A DNA stretch of 60,749 nucleotides, counting the filler, from an uncultured bacterium (GTDB lineage: Bacteria > CAYJOG01), in NCBI GenBank assembly GCA_964371695.1. It is 8 parts of 8 records of this genome, joined end to end, with 100 filler letters (N's around TTAATTAATTAA, not from the genome) between each part and the next. Parts side by side here need not be neighbours in the genome. Positions count along the whole stretch, not along the records: positions 1 to 7,570 come from CAYJOG010000126.1; positions 7,671 to 15,182 come from CAYJOG010000127.1; 6 more parts are not named here. The stretch is one strand, 5' to 3'. The position numbers and the translations under genes are program-made. Under the pieces are notes generated by a model. It did not search any database. It saw nothing but the letters and a program-made list of their open reading frames with translations, and had not been told where the DNA came from. Positions 1 through 10,721 of this stretch are shown here, piece after piece (position 1 is the first letter of the stretch; each line of letters begins with the position of its first letter).

Positions 1-2
1 AC

Positions 3-1145
3 TTCACCCATGCGCATCAGCACGGCCTGAGTGTGCTCTCGGCGGCCTTGCGCCAGCCCGCGCCTGCGCCCCGTCACACGGCGCGCACCGGCGGTGTGAT
101 TCGTTTTGAATGGCGTCAGGGCAGGCGGCTGAGTTTTTCCGACGCGCTGTGGCTGGCACAGAACGCGCCGCTGGATGAACTGGCCGCCATGGCCACCCAG
201 GCCCGCCAGCGTCACAGGCCGGGGCGGGCGGTGAGTTACATCATCGAGCGCAACATCAATTACACCAACGTGTGTAATGTGTATTGTCGCTTCTGCGCGT
301 TTTATGCCGCGCCGGGCAAGCCAGAGGGCTACGTGCTCAGCCGCGAGGTGCTGTCTCAAAAGCTGAACGAACTGGCCGCAGCCGGGGGCGTGCAGGTGTT
401 GCTGCAAGGGGGGCTGAATCCGGCGCTGCGGCTGGATTATTACGAGTCGCTTTTCCGGTTCATCAAACAGGGCTGGGGCATGGCGCTGCACGCGCTCAGC
501 CCCGACGAAGTGCTGAACATTGCCCGGCTGGAAAACATGACCGTGCGCGGCGTGCTCACGCGCCTGCAACAGGCGGGGCTGGACAGCCTGCCCGGCGCGG
601 GGGGCGAAATTCTGGAGCCGCGCACACGCCAGCGCATCGCCCGCAAAAAAAGCACGGCAGATGAGTGGCTGGGCGTGATGGCCGAGGCCCACCGCGCGGG
701 CATGCAAACAAGCGCCACCATGATGTATGGCGTGGGCGAAGACTGGCCCGCCCGGCTGGTGCATCTGCAACGCCTGCGCCAGTTGCAGGACCTCACCGGC
801 GGTTTCATGGCGTTCATCACCTGGCCCTATCAGCAGGGCGAACTCAGGCTCAAGGCCACCCACCGGGGAGAAGAGGAATATCTGCGCACCCAGGCCATCT
901 GCCGGTTGTTTCTGGACAACGTGCCCCATGTGCAGGCCAGTTGGGTGACCATGGGGCCGGTGGTGGCCGAGCGGGCGCTGGGGTTTGGCGCTGATGATTT
1001 TGGCAGCGTGATGTTTGAAGAAAACGTGGTGAGCGCGGCGGGCACCACGTTTTGCATGAACGAAGAAAACATCCGGCGGCATATTCTGGCGGCGGGTTAC
1101 GAGCCGGTGCGCCGGGGCCGGAATTATCAGTTGCTGGCGTCGTGA
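3..1145 (+). CDS. mqnC: Cyclic dehypoxanthine futalosine synthase (radical SAM, CofH/MqnC family); frame open to the contig edge
   Basis: RNINYTNVCNVYCRFC radical SAM motif; LLQGGLNP, SLPGAGGEIL and GADDFGSVMFEENVVSAAG motifs; menaquinone gene context. Confidence 0.9.
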   Translation, partial: FTHAHQHGLSVLSAALRQPAPAPRHTARTGGVIRFEWRQGRRLSFSDALWLAQNAPLDELAAMATQARQRHRPGRAVSYIIERNINYTNVCNVYCRFCAFYAAPGKPEGYVLSREVLSQKLNELAAAGGVQVLLQGGLNPALRLDYYESLFRFIKQGWGMALHALSPDEVLNIARLENMTVRGVLTRLQQAGLDSLPGAGGEILEPRTRQRIARKKSTADEWLGVMAEAHRAGMQTSATMMYGVGEDWPARLVHLQRLRQLQDLTGGFMAFITWPYQQGELRLKATHRGEEEYLRTQAICRLFLDNVPHVQASWVTMGPVVAERALGFGADDFGSVMFEENVVSAAGTTFCMNEENIRRHILAAGYEPVRRGRNYQLLAS

Positions 1146-1171
1146 GCGGCGTTGTGAAAAATGGTGCGGCG

Positions 1172-2419
1172 ATGAACAGCCGTGTGATTCAGGCCGACTG
1201 GCTGCTGGAGCCGGAGGGGAACCTGTTGCCCGCCGCCTCGGTGGTGGTGGATGACGGCGGTGTGTTGTGGTGGGTGGGGCAGACGCAGGATTTGCCCACG
1301 GCCTTTGCGCCGTTGCCGGTGGAAAAAGTGCGGGGCCTGCTCACGCCGGGGCTGTTGAATCTGCACGCCCATCTGGATTTGTGCTGGGCCTGGGGAAGCG
1401 TGCCCGGCGGCGAGGGCCTGTTTGCCTGGATACTGAGTCTGCGGAATCAACCCCAGCCCGGCGAAGCAGAAAAAGAACGGGCGGCGCTGGACAAGGTGAG
1501 CCGGGCCGTGGCCCAGGGCACGCAGATATTTGTGAGTGTGGGCGAGGGACTGCTGGCGGCCCGCGTGATGGAAAAGACCGGCGCAGTGGGTGCGGCGTTG
1601 TGGGAGGTGCTGGGGCGGGACGAAGCAACGGGCCTTCACCGCATGGCGCTGGCGTTGGATGAAACCCGGCAGCAGCACGCCGGTTTTCTGGAGAAAGGCG
1701 TGTTCACGGGCCTCACACCCCACGCGCCCTACAGTCTGCATCCTCCGCTGTTTCAGGAACTGGCGCAAACGGCGCAAGGCCCCCTGAGTCTGCATTTTGC
1801 CGAGACACCCCACGAGGCGGATTTCTGGCTGCATGGTCTGGGGCCGGTGAAGGACTTTCTGGAAAACCTGGGTGTGCCGCCGGATTTTTCGCCGCCTCCT
1901 GCGGCCAGTCCGCTGGTGTTGCTGGAGGAAAACGCTGCCCCGCTGCTGGCGGTGCATGCCCTGTTTGCCGATCAGTTTGAGGGAGGTCTGAGAAACGCCC
2001 TGCCGGTGTTCTGCCCCCGCAGCACCACTTATATTTCTGGCGCACCGCCCCCTGCGCCGCCCTGGCCCCGTTTTGGTCTGGGCACCGACAGCCTCGCCAG
2101 CGCCCCTGGTCTGCACGTGCTGGACGAAGCCCGTTTTCTATTTGAACTGGGTTTGTGTCCCGATGCGGCGGCGTTGTTCATGGCCATGACGCAGTGGCCC
2201 GCCCGGCATTTGGGCTGGTGGCCCCAACTGGGCGCGCTGAACCGGGGCGCGACGCCGGGCCTGGTGCTGTTTGACGTGCCGCCAGATTGCCCGCCCAATC
2301 ATGTGCTGGGTCGGGCGCTGGCTGCGCCCTCGCGTTCGCTGGTGCAGGCGCGGCTGGATTTTTCACAGGTGGCCCCTGCGCCGCTGCAAGAGAAGGAGAA
2401 CACCTGTGGCGCACACTGA
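1172..2419 (+). CDS. Amidohydrolase, probable aminodeoxyfutalosine deaminase
   Basis: PGLLNLHAHLDL (HxH), PHAPYS, LHFAET, AVH and GLGTDSLAS metal-site motifs; lies between mqnC and ubiA. The start could be the GTG at 1142. Confidence 0.75.
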   Translation: MNSRVIQADWLLEPEGNLLPAASVVVDDGGVLWWVGQTQDLPTAFAPLPVEKVRGLLTPGLLNLHAHLDLCWAWGSVPGGEGLFAWILSLRNQPQPGEAEKERAALDKVSRAVAQGTQIFVSVGEGLLAARVMEKTGAVGAALWEVLGRDEATGLHRMALALDETRQQHAGFLEKGVFTGLTPHAPYSLHPPLFQELAQTAQGPLSLHFAETPHEADFWLHGLGPVKDFLENLGVPPDFSPPPAASPLVLLEENAAPLLAVHALFADQFEGGLRNALPVFCPRSTTYISGAPPPAPPWPRFGLGTDSLASAPGLHVLDEARFLFELGLCPDAAALFMAMTQWPARHLGWWPQLGALNRGATPGLVLFDVPPDCPPNHVLGRALAAPSRSLVQARLDFSQVAPAPLQEKENTCGAH

Positions 2420-3305
2420 AGCCGACTTTCCGCTGTCTTCCCCATCCGGTTTTCTCCGTCAGGCGGCGTTGTTTTTGGGCGCCATCAAGTTTTCGCACAC
2501 GCTGTTTTCACTGCCCTTTGCCCTGAGCGCCGTGGTGCTGGCCTGGCCCCAGGCCGGGCGTCGCCAGCCGGTGGACGTGGTGTGGGTGGTGCTGGCGGTG
2601 GTGTTCGCCCGCACCTTTGCCATGGGGGTGAACCGCCTGGCCGACCGCCGTTTTGACCGCACCAACCCCCGCACGGCAGACAGGCCCCTGGCCCGCGGCG
2701 CGCTTTCCCCCACCGTGGCCTGGGGTCTCACGCTGCTGAGCCTGGGCGGATTTTTTCTCATGAGCGGCCTGCTGGGGGGGCCGTGTCTGGTGCTGTCGCC
2801 GCTGGTGGCGCTGGCGCTGGGGGGCTACAGCTTTTTCAAACGGTTTTCGTGGACCTGCCATTTCTGGCTGGGGCTGTGTCTGGCGCTGGCCCCTGGCGGG
2901 GCATGGGTGGCCGTCACGGGGTCGGCGGCGGGCGCGCCCCTGTGGATGATGCTGGGGGTGCTGTGTTGGGTGGCGGGGTTTGACCTGATCTATGCCACGC
3001 AGGACATTCAACACGACCGGCGCGAAAACCTGCACAGCTTTCCCGCCCGGTTTGGCGAAAAAGCCACCGAATGGACGGCCCTGGCGCTGCACACGCTGGC
3101 GGTGGCGGCGCTGTGGATGCAGGGGCAGGGTCCGCTGCTGCACCGGCCCGGTTATTGGGCCGGATGGGGGGTGTTCTCGGTGGTGCTGGCCCTGACGCGG
3201 GGCTGGGGTTTTTACCGGCCCGCCTTCCGGGGCGGCCCTGTTTTCATGAATCTCAACGCCCTGGCGAGCGTGGCTTATTTCGCCGGGACTTTTTTCAGCC
3301 GATAA
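2406..3305 (+). CDS. ubiA: UbiA-family prenyltransferase (MqnP-like)
   Basis: AIKFSHTLFSLPFAL, NRLADRRFDRTNPRTADRPL and GFDLIYATQD motifs; multiple TM helices; AAGGAG ribosome-binding site before GTG 2406. Confidence 0.9.
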   Translation: MAHTEADFPLSSPSGFLRQAALFLGAIKFSHTLFSLPFALSAVVLAWPQAGRRQPVDVVWVVLAVVFARTFAMGVNRLADRRFDRTNPRTADRPLARGALSPTVAWGLTLLSLGGFFLMSGLLGGPCLVLSPLVALALGGYSFFKRFSWTCHFWLGLCLALAPGGAWVAVTGSAAGAPLWMMLGVLCWVAGFDLIYATQDIQHDRRENLHSFPARFGEKATEWTALALHTLAVAALWMQGQGPLLHRPGYWAGWGVFSVVLALTRGWGFYRPAFRGGPVFMNLNALASVAYFAGTFFSR

Positions 3306-3313
3306 TTCCTGCT

Positions 3314-3342
3314 TTGACACTTTCAGGCAGGCCGATTAAATT
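3314..3342 (+). promoter_or_regulatory. sigma70-type promoter for a leaderless transcript
   Basis: TTGACA-N17-TAAATT, followed 7 nt later by ATG 3350 with no SD sequence. Confidence 0.65.
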
Positions 3343-3349
3343 ACCCCCC

Positions 3350-4255
3350 ATGTTCACCGTTGCCAACCTTCGCACACTCAAAAAGGGGGCCTGCGGCGTG
3401 TTGGGGGCAAGCACGCTGCTGCTTGCCGCCACATCGGCACAGGCGGCTCCCCTTTTATCGTTGTCCGAGGCCCAAAAAGCACCCGTGATGCTGGCCAAGG
3501 CCGAAAGCCCCAAGGCCACCAAGGGCAAAAAGGACACCCAGTCCATGGCCAAGAGCGCCGGTGAATCATTGGCGGCGGGCCTGGAAGAAAAAAAGCGCCC
3601 CAAGCCTTTTTTGATGAACAGCCTCACCCGCGTGGAAACCCACAGCGACCGCAACGCGCCCGATGATTTTCTCTATGGCGTGTTTGTGGTGGGCCGCAAG
3701 GTGCAGCAAAAATCGGTGGCGAGCTTCCTTTATATCTATCGCTACGACATTTCAGACAGCGAAAGCGACGGCCACTTTTTGGGCCTGAACTTCACCAACG
3801 CACCCAAAAAACGCTGGACGCTCTCGGCCACACTGCTGCACACCGAAATGCCCAGCAGCACCAAAGACGCCCGCACCAGCAGCGACAACACCCGCCTCAC
3901 GCTGGGGAGCACCTACACCCTTTGCAGCAAACCCAAAGGCACCCTCACCAGCGGCCTTGCCTTCAACACCGAAACCAATTTTGAAGACGGCCAGACCTGG
4001 GACCTGGACCTGAACTACGACTTTCCCCTCAACCCCAAAACCAAGGGCCGCCTGGGTTATCTGTACACCTACAACCAGGACCTGAGCGATTCCTTCCTGC
4101 ACCAGTTCAGCGCACAGGTGAGCTGGGAACTGAACAAGGATTATTCCCTTTCCGCCGAATACAACTTGGTGGACCCGCTGTTTGACGTGACGGCGGGCAG
4201 TCCCAAACCCGACAACGACAACGTGTTCCGGCTCACGCTGGGCCGGAAATACTAG
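3350..4255 (+). CDS. Exported protein, probable outer-membrane beta-barrel
   Basis: Signal peptide ending ATSAQA; alternating aromatic/polar strands; C-terminal LTLGRKY resembles a beta-signal. Confidence 0.55.
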   Translation: MFTVANLRTLKKGACGVLGASTLLLAATSAQAAPLLSLSEAQKAPVMLAKAESPKATKGKKDTQSMAKSAGESLAAGLEEKKRPKPFLMNSLTRVETHSDRNAPDDFLYGVFVVGRKVQQKSVASFLYIYRYDISDSESDGHFLGLNFTNAPKKRWTLSATLLHTEMPSSTKDARTSSDNTRLTLGSTYTLCSKPKGTLTSGLAFNTETNFEDGQTWDLDLNYDFPLNPKTKGRLGYLYTYNQDLSDSFLHQFSAQVSWELNKDYSLSAEYNLVDPLFDVTAGSPKPDNDNVFRLTLGRKY

Positions 4256-4266
4256 GAGCGGCATCC

Positions 4267-5052
4267 ATGAAAAAAATCACCGCGACATCGTTACTTCGCC
4301 CCGTGCTGGCCCTTTGGGTGCTGGCGCTGGTGCAGAACACCGCCTGGGCGCGCCCCCTGAGCGTGCGGGTGGAAAAAGTCACCGGTCAGGTGAGCGCCGT
4401 GCTCAAAACCGGCAAACGCCCCCTCACCGCCGGGGCGCGGCTTGCCGAGGGCGACAAGATTGAAACCGGCAGCGGCGGCACCGTCATCTTGGTGTGGGAG
4501 ACGGGCCACGTGGTGAAGCTGGGGCCCATCAGCGCCATGGTGCTCAAGTCGGCCCAGCAGTCGGCCCGCAAAGAGACCACCAAAATGCAGATCGACAAGG
4601 GCAGCGTGTTTGTACGGGCCGCCAAGCTGAGCAACAGCGATTCGTCGCTCATGGTGCAGTCGGTGGACCTGCTGGCGGGCGTGCGGGGCACGTCCTTTAA
4701 CGTGACCAAACCCCTGAAAGGCCCCAGCATCGTGGCGGTGCTGCGGGGTCAGGTGCGCGTGGGGGCGGCGGGTGTGGAACGCATTGTGGCCGCGGGCATG
4801 ATGGTGAGCGGCGTGAAGGGCCAGAAACCCAGCGAGCCCAAAAAAGCCCCCGCCAGCACCCTGCAACAGATGCAGAGCGACGATTCCGAAGCCGCCGCCG
4901 TGCAGTCCAGCTCCATCCAGGGAGAGAACTCCGACGCCGCCGCCACCGCTGCGGACAGCGCCGTGGACGCGGTGGACCAGCAGATCCAGAACAGCATCCT
5001 CAACCAGATCAATGAGCCGGGCACCGGGGGCGTGAAGTTTGAAGTGAAATAA
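4267..5052 (+). CDS. Secreted FecR-domain protein
   Basis: Signal peptide; GDKIETG and AGVRGTSF FecR-like motifs; AGGAG ribosome-binding site. Confidence 0.75.
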   Translation: MKKITATSLLRPVLALWVLALVQNTAWARPLSVRVEKVTGQVSAVLKTGKRPLTAGARLAEGDKIETGSGGTVILVWETGHVVKLGPISAMVLKSAQQSARKETTKMQIDKGSVFVRAAKLSNSDSSLMVQSVDLLAGVRGTSFNVTKPLKGPSIVAVLRGQVRVGAAGVERIVAAGMMVSGVKGQKPSEPKKAPASTLQQMQSDDSEAAAVQSSSIQGENSDAAATAADSAVDAVDQQIQNSILNQINEPGTGGVKFEVK

Positions 5053-5180
5053 CCCCGGCGGTTTCATCGCTCCATGAAAAAGCACCGGCAAAGTCCGGTG
5101 CTTTTTTGTGCGGGGGCGGGGGGTGTCGGTGGCCTGTTCTGCCTCCTGCCTTTTTCGCCCTCTTTCGCTACACTACACCG

Positions 5181-6266
5181 ATGCCCGCACCCGGCCAGAC
5201 CGGCATCACCCAGGCCCTTATTCTGGTGGGCGGCAAAGGCACCCGCCTGATGCCCCTCACCCACAGCGCCCCCAAGCCGCTGATGCCCGTGGGCAACATT
5301 CCCCTCTTGCGGGTGCAACTGGAACTGCTGGCCAAAAACGGCGTGAAGGAAGTGGTGCTGAGCCTGTATTACCAGTACGAGCGGTTTCAGGAGGAGTTCC
5401 GCGCCCGCCCCGTGCCGGGCCTGAAGGTGCGGTTCAACCTGGAGGAAGAACCCCTGGGCACCGCCGGTGCGGTGAAACTGGCCGAGGGCATGTTGCAGGA
5501 CAGGTTTTTTGTGCTCAACGGCGACATCCTCTCTGACATTCCCTATCAGGACATGGCGGCCTTTCACCTGCGCCACCGGGCTGCCGCCACGCTGGCGCTC
5601 ATCACGGTGGAAGACCCCACCATCTACGGTGTCATCGAGACCGACCACCGGGGCCGGGTGCAGAGTTTTCTTGAGAAACCGGCCTGGGACGAAGTGACGT
5701 GCAGCACCATCAATGCGGGGGTGTACATCCTCAACAAATCGGTGCTGGAGCACGCCCCCCTGGGTGAGGTGTTCTCGTTTGAGCGCGAGCTTTACCCGGA
5801 CCTGCTGGCCATGGGCAAGGCCATTTATGGTTATCCCTTCAATGGTTACTGGATGGACGTGGGCACGCTGGACAAGTATTACCTCGCCAACATGGACCTT
5901 TTGCGGGGGCGCATCAAAACCCTGGCGGGGCTGAAACTCACGCGGCCCAAAAAGCTCAGCCGCGTCACGGTGTCCGACCCCGTCATGATTCACCCCACCG
6001 CCCACATCAGCCCCGGCGCCATCATTCTGGGGCCTACGGTGATTGGCCCGAACTGCCGCATCGGCCCCCTGGCGCGCATTCGCCAGAGTGTGCTGCACGC
6101 GGGCGTGGAGGTGGGCGAAAAGGTGGACGTGAACAAGTGCATTCTGGGCGACGGCGTGAAAATCAAGGACAACGCCTTTTTGTCTGAGGGTTTGGTGCTG
6201 GCCCAGGGCGCGGTGATCAAAAGCGGCGTGGGCAAGCTGCAATATCTTTATCAAGGACTGGTGTAA
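5181..6266 (+). CDS. NDP-sugar nucleotidyltransferase with left-handed beta-helix C-terminus (mannose-1-P guanylyltransferase-like)
   Basis: ALILVGGKGTRLMPLT..PKPL, EEPLGTAGA, VLNGD, FLEKP and YWMDVGT motifs; hexapeptide repeats. Confidence 0.85.
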   Translation: MPAPGQTGITQALILVGGKGTRLMPLTHSAPKPLMPVGNIPLLRVQLELLAKNGVKEVVLSLYYQYERFQEEFRARPVPGLKVRFNLEEEPLGTAGAVKLAEGMLQDRFFVLNGDILSDIPYQDMAAFHLRHRAAATLALITVEDPTIYGVIETDHRGRVQSFLEKPAWDEVTCSTINAGVYILNKSVLEHAPLGEVFSFERELYPDLLAMGKAIYGYPFNGYWMDVGTLDKYYLANMDLLRGRIKTLAGLKLTRPKKLSRVTVSDPVMIHPTAHISPGAIILGPTVIGPNCRIGPLARIRQSVLHAGVEVGEKVDVNKCILGDGVKIKDNAFLSEGLVLAQGAVIKSGVGKLQYLYQGLV

Positions 6267-6269
6267 AAC

Positions 6270-7570
<1,301 letters not shown>

Positions 7571-7670
7571 NNNNNNNNNNNNNNNNNNNNNNNNNNNNNN
7601 NNNNNNNNNNNNNNTTAATTAATTAANNNNNNNNNNNNNNNNNNNNNNNNNNNNNNNNNNNNNNNNNNNN
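7571..7670. other. Artificial contig linker (others near 15183-15282, 22830-22929, 30455-30554, 38077-38176, 45654-45753, 53206-53305)
   Basis: N-runs flank an identical TTAATTAATTAA, which stops all six frames. Confidence 0.97.
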
Positions 7671-7734
7671 TGGTGTGTGAATGGCCGGGTTCAAAACGGC
7701 CCGGCGCATTATATTCGCGGCGGGCATCTGTTAA

Positions 7735-7948
7735 CCCCCTCTCCCATTTAATGGGGAGAGGGTTGGGGTAATGGGCGCGGGTAGTCTTTTGGGGTTGCGG
7801 CAGCATGTTGATGCTGCCGGGTGCGCCCAGCGGCGCGGCAGCGCCGGGTCATTCAATAGCAAAAAACCAAACAAGGTATTTGTTCTTTGTCTTTGCCACA
7901 GGCGAGACGCCCGTGGCTACTGCTGCGCCGCTTTCGTGGGAATGACGG
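7735..7948. repeat. Composite REP-like palindromic repeat cluster
   Basis: CCCTCTCCC..GGGAGAGGG hairpin; an ~80 bp unit found inverted at ~12295-12378; a GGGAATGACG (CGTC-type) half-site. Confidence 0.75.
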
Positions 7949-8001
7949 CAGGGGGCATGTGGTGATTTTGCTTGCCCAAAGGCCCGGCGCATGGTTTCAT
8001 G

Positions 8002-8029
8002 GTTTCATGATTTCACGAAATCATGAAAC
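8002..8029. promoter_or_regulatory. Perfect 13-2-13 palindrome over the regulator start codon; probable autoregulatory operator
   Basis: GTTTCATGATTTC-AC-GAAATCATGAAAC. Confidence 0.6.
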
Positions 8030-8600
8030 GAGTCCGCCCCCCACCCCCGCCGCAGACCCCGCCCTGCTGGACCCTTACATCCGCGAAGCCTGCCTGACGG
8101 TGGGTGAAGTCATCGAGTTCTGGGGCTTCAAAAAGGACATGGGCATGGTGTGGTGTTTTCTCTATCTGCGGGGCACGCCCGCCACGGCGGCCCAGGTGCG
8201 GGATTATTTCCAGATCAGCGCCGGGCAAACCAGCACGGTGCTGCGGGGGCTGGTGCAGTGGGGCGTGGTGCGGCGCATCACGGCCATGGGGCGCGAGGCG
8301 GATCTGTTCGTGGCCGAAACGGACCTGTGGCGCATGATCAGCAAGGTGTGGCGCGAGCGGGAACTGGGGGTGGTGCGCAAGGCCCGCACCGCGCTTGAAG
8401 AAGCACACCGGGGCGTGCAGGCTCTGCGAAAAAACAGCGGGCCAGACCAGCAGCGGGAGCTTAAAAGTGTGGAGCGCCGCCTGGGCCAGCTCACCCGGCT
8501 TGCCAGCGACGGCGAACGCGCCGTGCGCACTTTTCTGGAACTGTCGCAACTGGATTTTCATTCGGTGGTGCGTTTTCCGAAAGAAAAAAAGGAACCATGA
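8007..8600 (+). CDS. GbsR/MarR-type winged-HTH transcriptional regulator
   Basis: VGEVIEFWGFKKDMGMVWCFLYL followed by an HTH (ISAGQTSTVLRGLVQWGVVRR) and FVAETDLW. Confidence 0.8.
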   Translation: MISRNHETSPPPTPAADPALLDPYIREACLTVGEVIEFWGFKKDMGMVWCFLYLRGTPATAAQVRDYFQISAGQTSTVLRGLVQWGVVRRITAMGREADLFVAETDLWRMISKVWRERELGVVRKARTALEEAHRGVQALRKNSGPDQQRELKSVERRLGQLTRLASDGERAVRTFLELSQLDFHSVVRFPKEKKEP

Positions 8601-8679
8601 GCGCCACCGCCGCCATGCCCGCGCCGGTGCTGGCCCACCCCGCGCTAACTCGTCTTGTTTGTGGACCAACGATGGGTCG

Positions 8680-8882
8680 TGGCCGCGCTGCAAAAGAACC
8701 TACCCTGTTTATATTTTCTGGTTCGCCGGTTTCATCCGTGAAACCTTGCGAACGACGCCGCACGGCTCAGCCCAACCCCAAAAAACGCCTGCTGCTGGTG
8801 GATGCTCATGTAAAGGAGGGTTTCGGCGAGCACTGACCGCGCTGAACCGGCGGCGGGAACGGCCATCCATGGCCTCCAGCCG
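8680..8882. repeat. ~200 bp dispersed intergenic repeat, copy 1
   Basis: Shares a near-identical ~75 bp core and a GGCCATCC(A/C)TGGCC hairpin with 27376-27580. Confidence 0.8.
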
Positions 8883-8899
8883 CTGATGCCACTGAACCG

Positions 8900-9886
8900 T
8901 TGATACTCCTACAACATTATGAAACTTCCCTGGGTGTGGTGGCGCAGGACCTGAGCGCCGTGGCCCAGGTGTTGTCGCGCCGACTGACGGGGCCGGCGCA
9001 GCCCATCCCGCGGGGTGTGGCCCACCTGCTGGAGGGCGGCGGCAAGCGCCTGCGCCCGGCGCTGATGTGTCTGGTGCATCGCCTGTTTGATGCAGATCAT
9101 CCGCAACTGGCCGAGGTGGCCGCCGTGGCCGAGATGATCCATGCCGCCACGCTGGCCCACGACGACGTGATCGACGAGGCCGACCAGCGCCGCGCCGCGC
9201 CCACCCTGCGCCGGGTGATGGGCAACCATCGCGCCGTGCTGGTGGGGGATTATCTTTTTGCCCGCTGTTATGGCCGCCTGAGCGACCTGGGGTTGCACCC
9301 GCTTTGCGCCGCCATGGCCATCACCATCGGCGAACTGGTGGAGGGCGAAATGTTGCAACTGGAACGCACCGGCGACCTGGGTTTTACGGTGGCGGAATAT
9401 GAACAACTGGCGGCGATGAAGACCGGTTCGCTGTTTGGCTGGTCGGCCTATTGCGGGGCGTGGCTGGCGCAGCAGCCAGAGGAGATTTGCGGGGCGGCCC
9501 GCGATTTTGCCCGCCACGTGGGGGTGGCTTTTCAGGTGGCCGACGACCTGCTGGACACGCGCCAGACCAGCGGCAAGGATCTGCATCTGGACCTGCTGGA
9601 AGGCAAGATGACGCTGCCGGTGATTCTGGCGCTGGAAGAAGACCCCGCGCTGGCGCACCCCCTGATGGCGCTGATGCAGCCAGAGGCCGAAAACCCGCAG
9701 GAACGGGCTTTGCACCTGGCGCGTCTGGTGCGGGCCACGTCGGGCCAGGGTGTGCAGGCGGGGTGTCTCGCGCTGGCCCGGCAGCACCAGTCCCGCGCCC
9801 GCGCCCTGCTGGCGGACTGGCCGGCGGGCGAGGCCAAAAACGCGCTGAACGACTTTCTCGAATCCCTGATCAAAAGGAATCACTGA
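8900..9886 (+). CDS. Polyprenyl diphosphate synthase
   Basis: GGKRLRP, HDDVID, KTGSLF, FQVADDLLD and GKMTLP motifs. Confidence 0.93.
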   Translation: MILLQHYETSLGVVAQDLSAVAQVLSRRLTGPAQPIPRGVAHLLEGGGKRLRPALMCLVHRLFDADHPQLAEVAAVAEMIHAATLAHDDVIDEADQRRAAPTLRRVMGNHRAVLVGDYLFARCYGRLSDLGLHPLCAAMAITIGELVEGEMLQLERTGDLGFTVAEYEQLAAMKTGSLFGWSAYCGAWLAQQPEEICGAARDFARHVGVAFQVADDLLDTRQTSGKDLHLDLLEGKMTLPVILALEEDPALAHPLMALMQPEAENPQERALHLARLVRATSGQGVQAGCLALARQHQSRARALLADWPAGEAKNALNDFLESLIKRNH

Positions 9887-9887
9887 C

Positions 9888-10721
9888 ATGCATCTTTCCA
9901 TCGCCCACAGCCCCGACGCCGACGACGCCTTCATGCACTACGCCATTGCCCGCGAACTGGTGGACCTGCGGGGCCTCACTTTTTCTCATGTGATGAAGGA
10001 CATCCAGACGCTGAACGAGGCGGCCAAAATCCAGACTTACGACATCACCGCCATCAGCCTGCACGCCTATCCCTATCTGCACGAAACCTACGCCCTGCTG
10101 CCCAGCGGTGCGAGCACCGGCGAGAAAGATTACGGCCCCTGCGTGGTGGCCCGCGAACCGCTGGCGCTGGCGGCGCTCAGCGGCAAAACCGTGGCCGCGC
10201 CGGGGCCGCTCACCAGCGCCTGGCTGGCGCTGCAAATGGCGGTGGAGGGCGTGACGCCGCTGTTCATGGCTTTTGACGAAATTGAAGAAGCGGTGGTGCG
10301 GGGCGAGGCCGACGTGGGCCTGCTCATTCACGAAGGCCAGCTCACGTTTGAACAGAAGGGCCTGTTTCTGGTGGCGAATCTGGGGACGTGGTGGTTTGAC
10401 CGCACGGGCCTGCCCCTGCCGCTGGGGGGCAACGCCATCCGTCGGGAACTGGGCGAGGACGTGGCGCGCCGCGTGGCGGATGTGTACTGCGAAGGAGTGC
10501 GTTACGCCCTGGATCACAAGGACGAAGCGCTGGATTACGCCCTGGGTTTTGCCCGGGGTCTGGACCGCGATCAGGCCGGTGCGTTTGTGGGCATGTACGT
10601 GAACGAACGCACCTGCCAGTGGGATGCAGCGGGCATGGAATCGGTGCGGCTGTTTTTGAAGGAAGCCGCCCTGCGCGGCCTGACGCCCCCCTGTGAGGTG
10701 ACGTTTGCGGGCCTTTGCTGA
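9888..10721 (+). CDS. mqnD: 1,4-dihydroxy-6-naphthoate synthase
   Basis: AHSPDADDAFM, DIQTLN, LLIHEGQLTF, LPLPLGGN and MYVNE motifs. Confidence 0.92.
   Translation: MHLSIAHSPDADDAFMHYAIARELVDLRGLTFSHVMKDIQTLNEAAKIQTYDITAISLHAYPYLHETYALLPSGASTGEKDYGPCVVAREPLALAALSGKTVAAPGPLTSAWLALQMAVEGVTPLFMAFDEIEEAVVRGEADVGLLIHEGQLTFEQKGLFLVANLGTWWFDRTGLPLPLGGNAIRRELGEDVARRVADVYCEGVRYALDHKDEALDYALGFARGLDRDQAGAFVGMYVNERTCQWDAAGMESVRLFLKEAALRGLTPPCEVTFAGLC

Noticed and set aside
7571-7670. Recurrent TTAATTAATTAA motif at regular ~7.5 kb spacing
   Set aside because: It is an artificial six-frame-stop linker between contigs, so adjacency across it carries no biological meaning.
8597-8836. 79-aa ORF with a paralogue at 27375-27632
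   Set aside because: The similarity comes from the dispersed DNA repeat and is lost outside its core. There is no independent coding signal.
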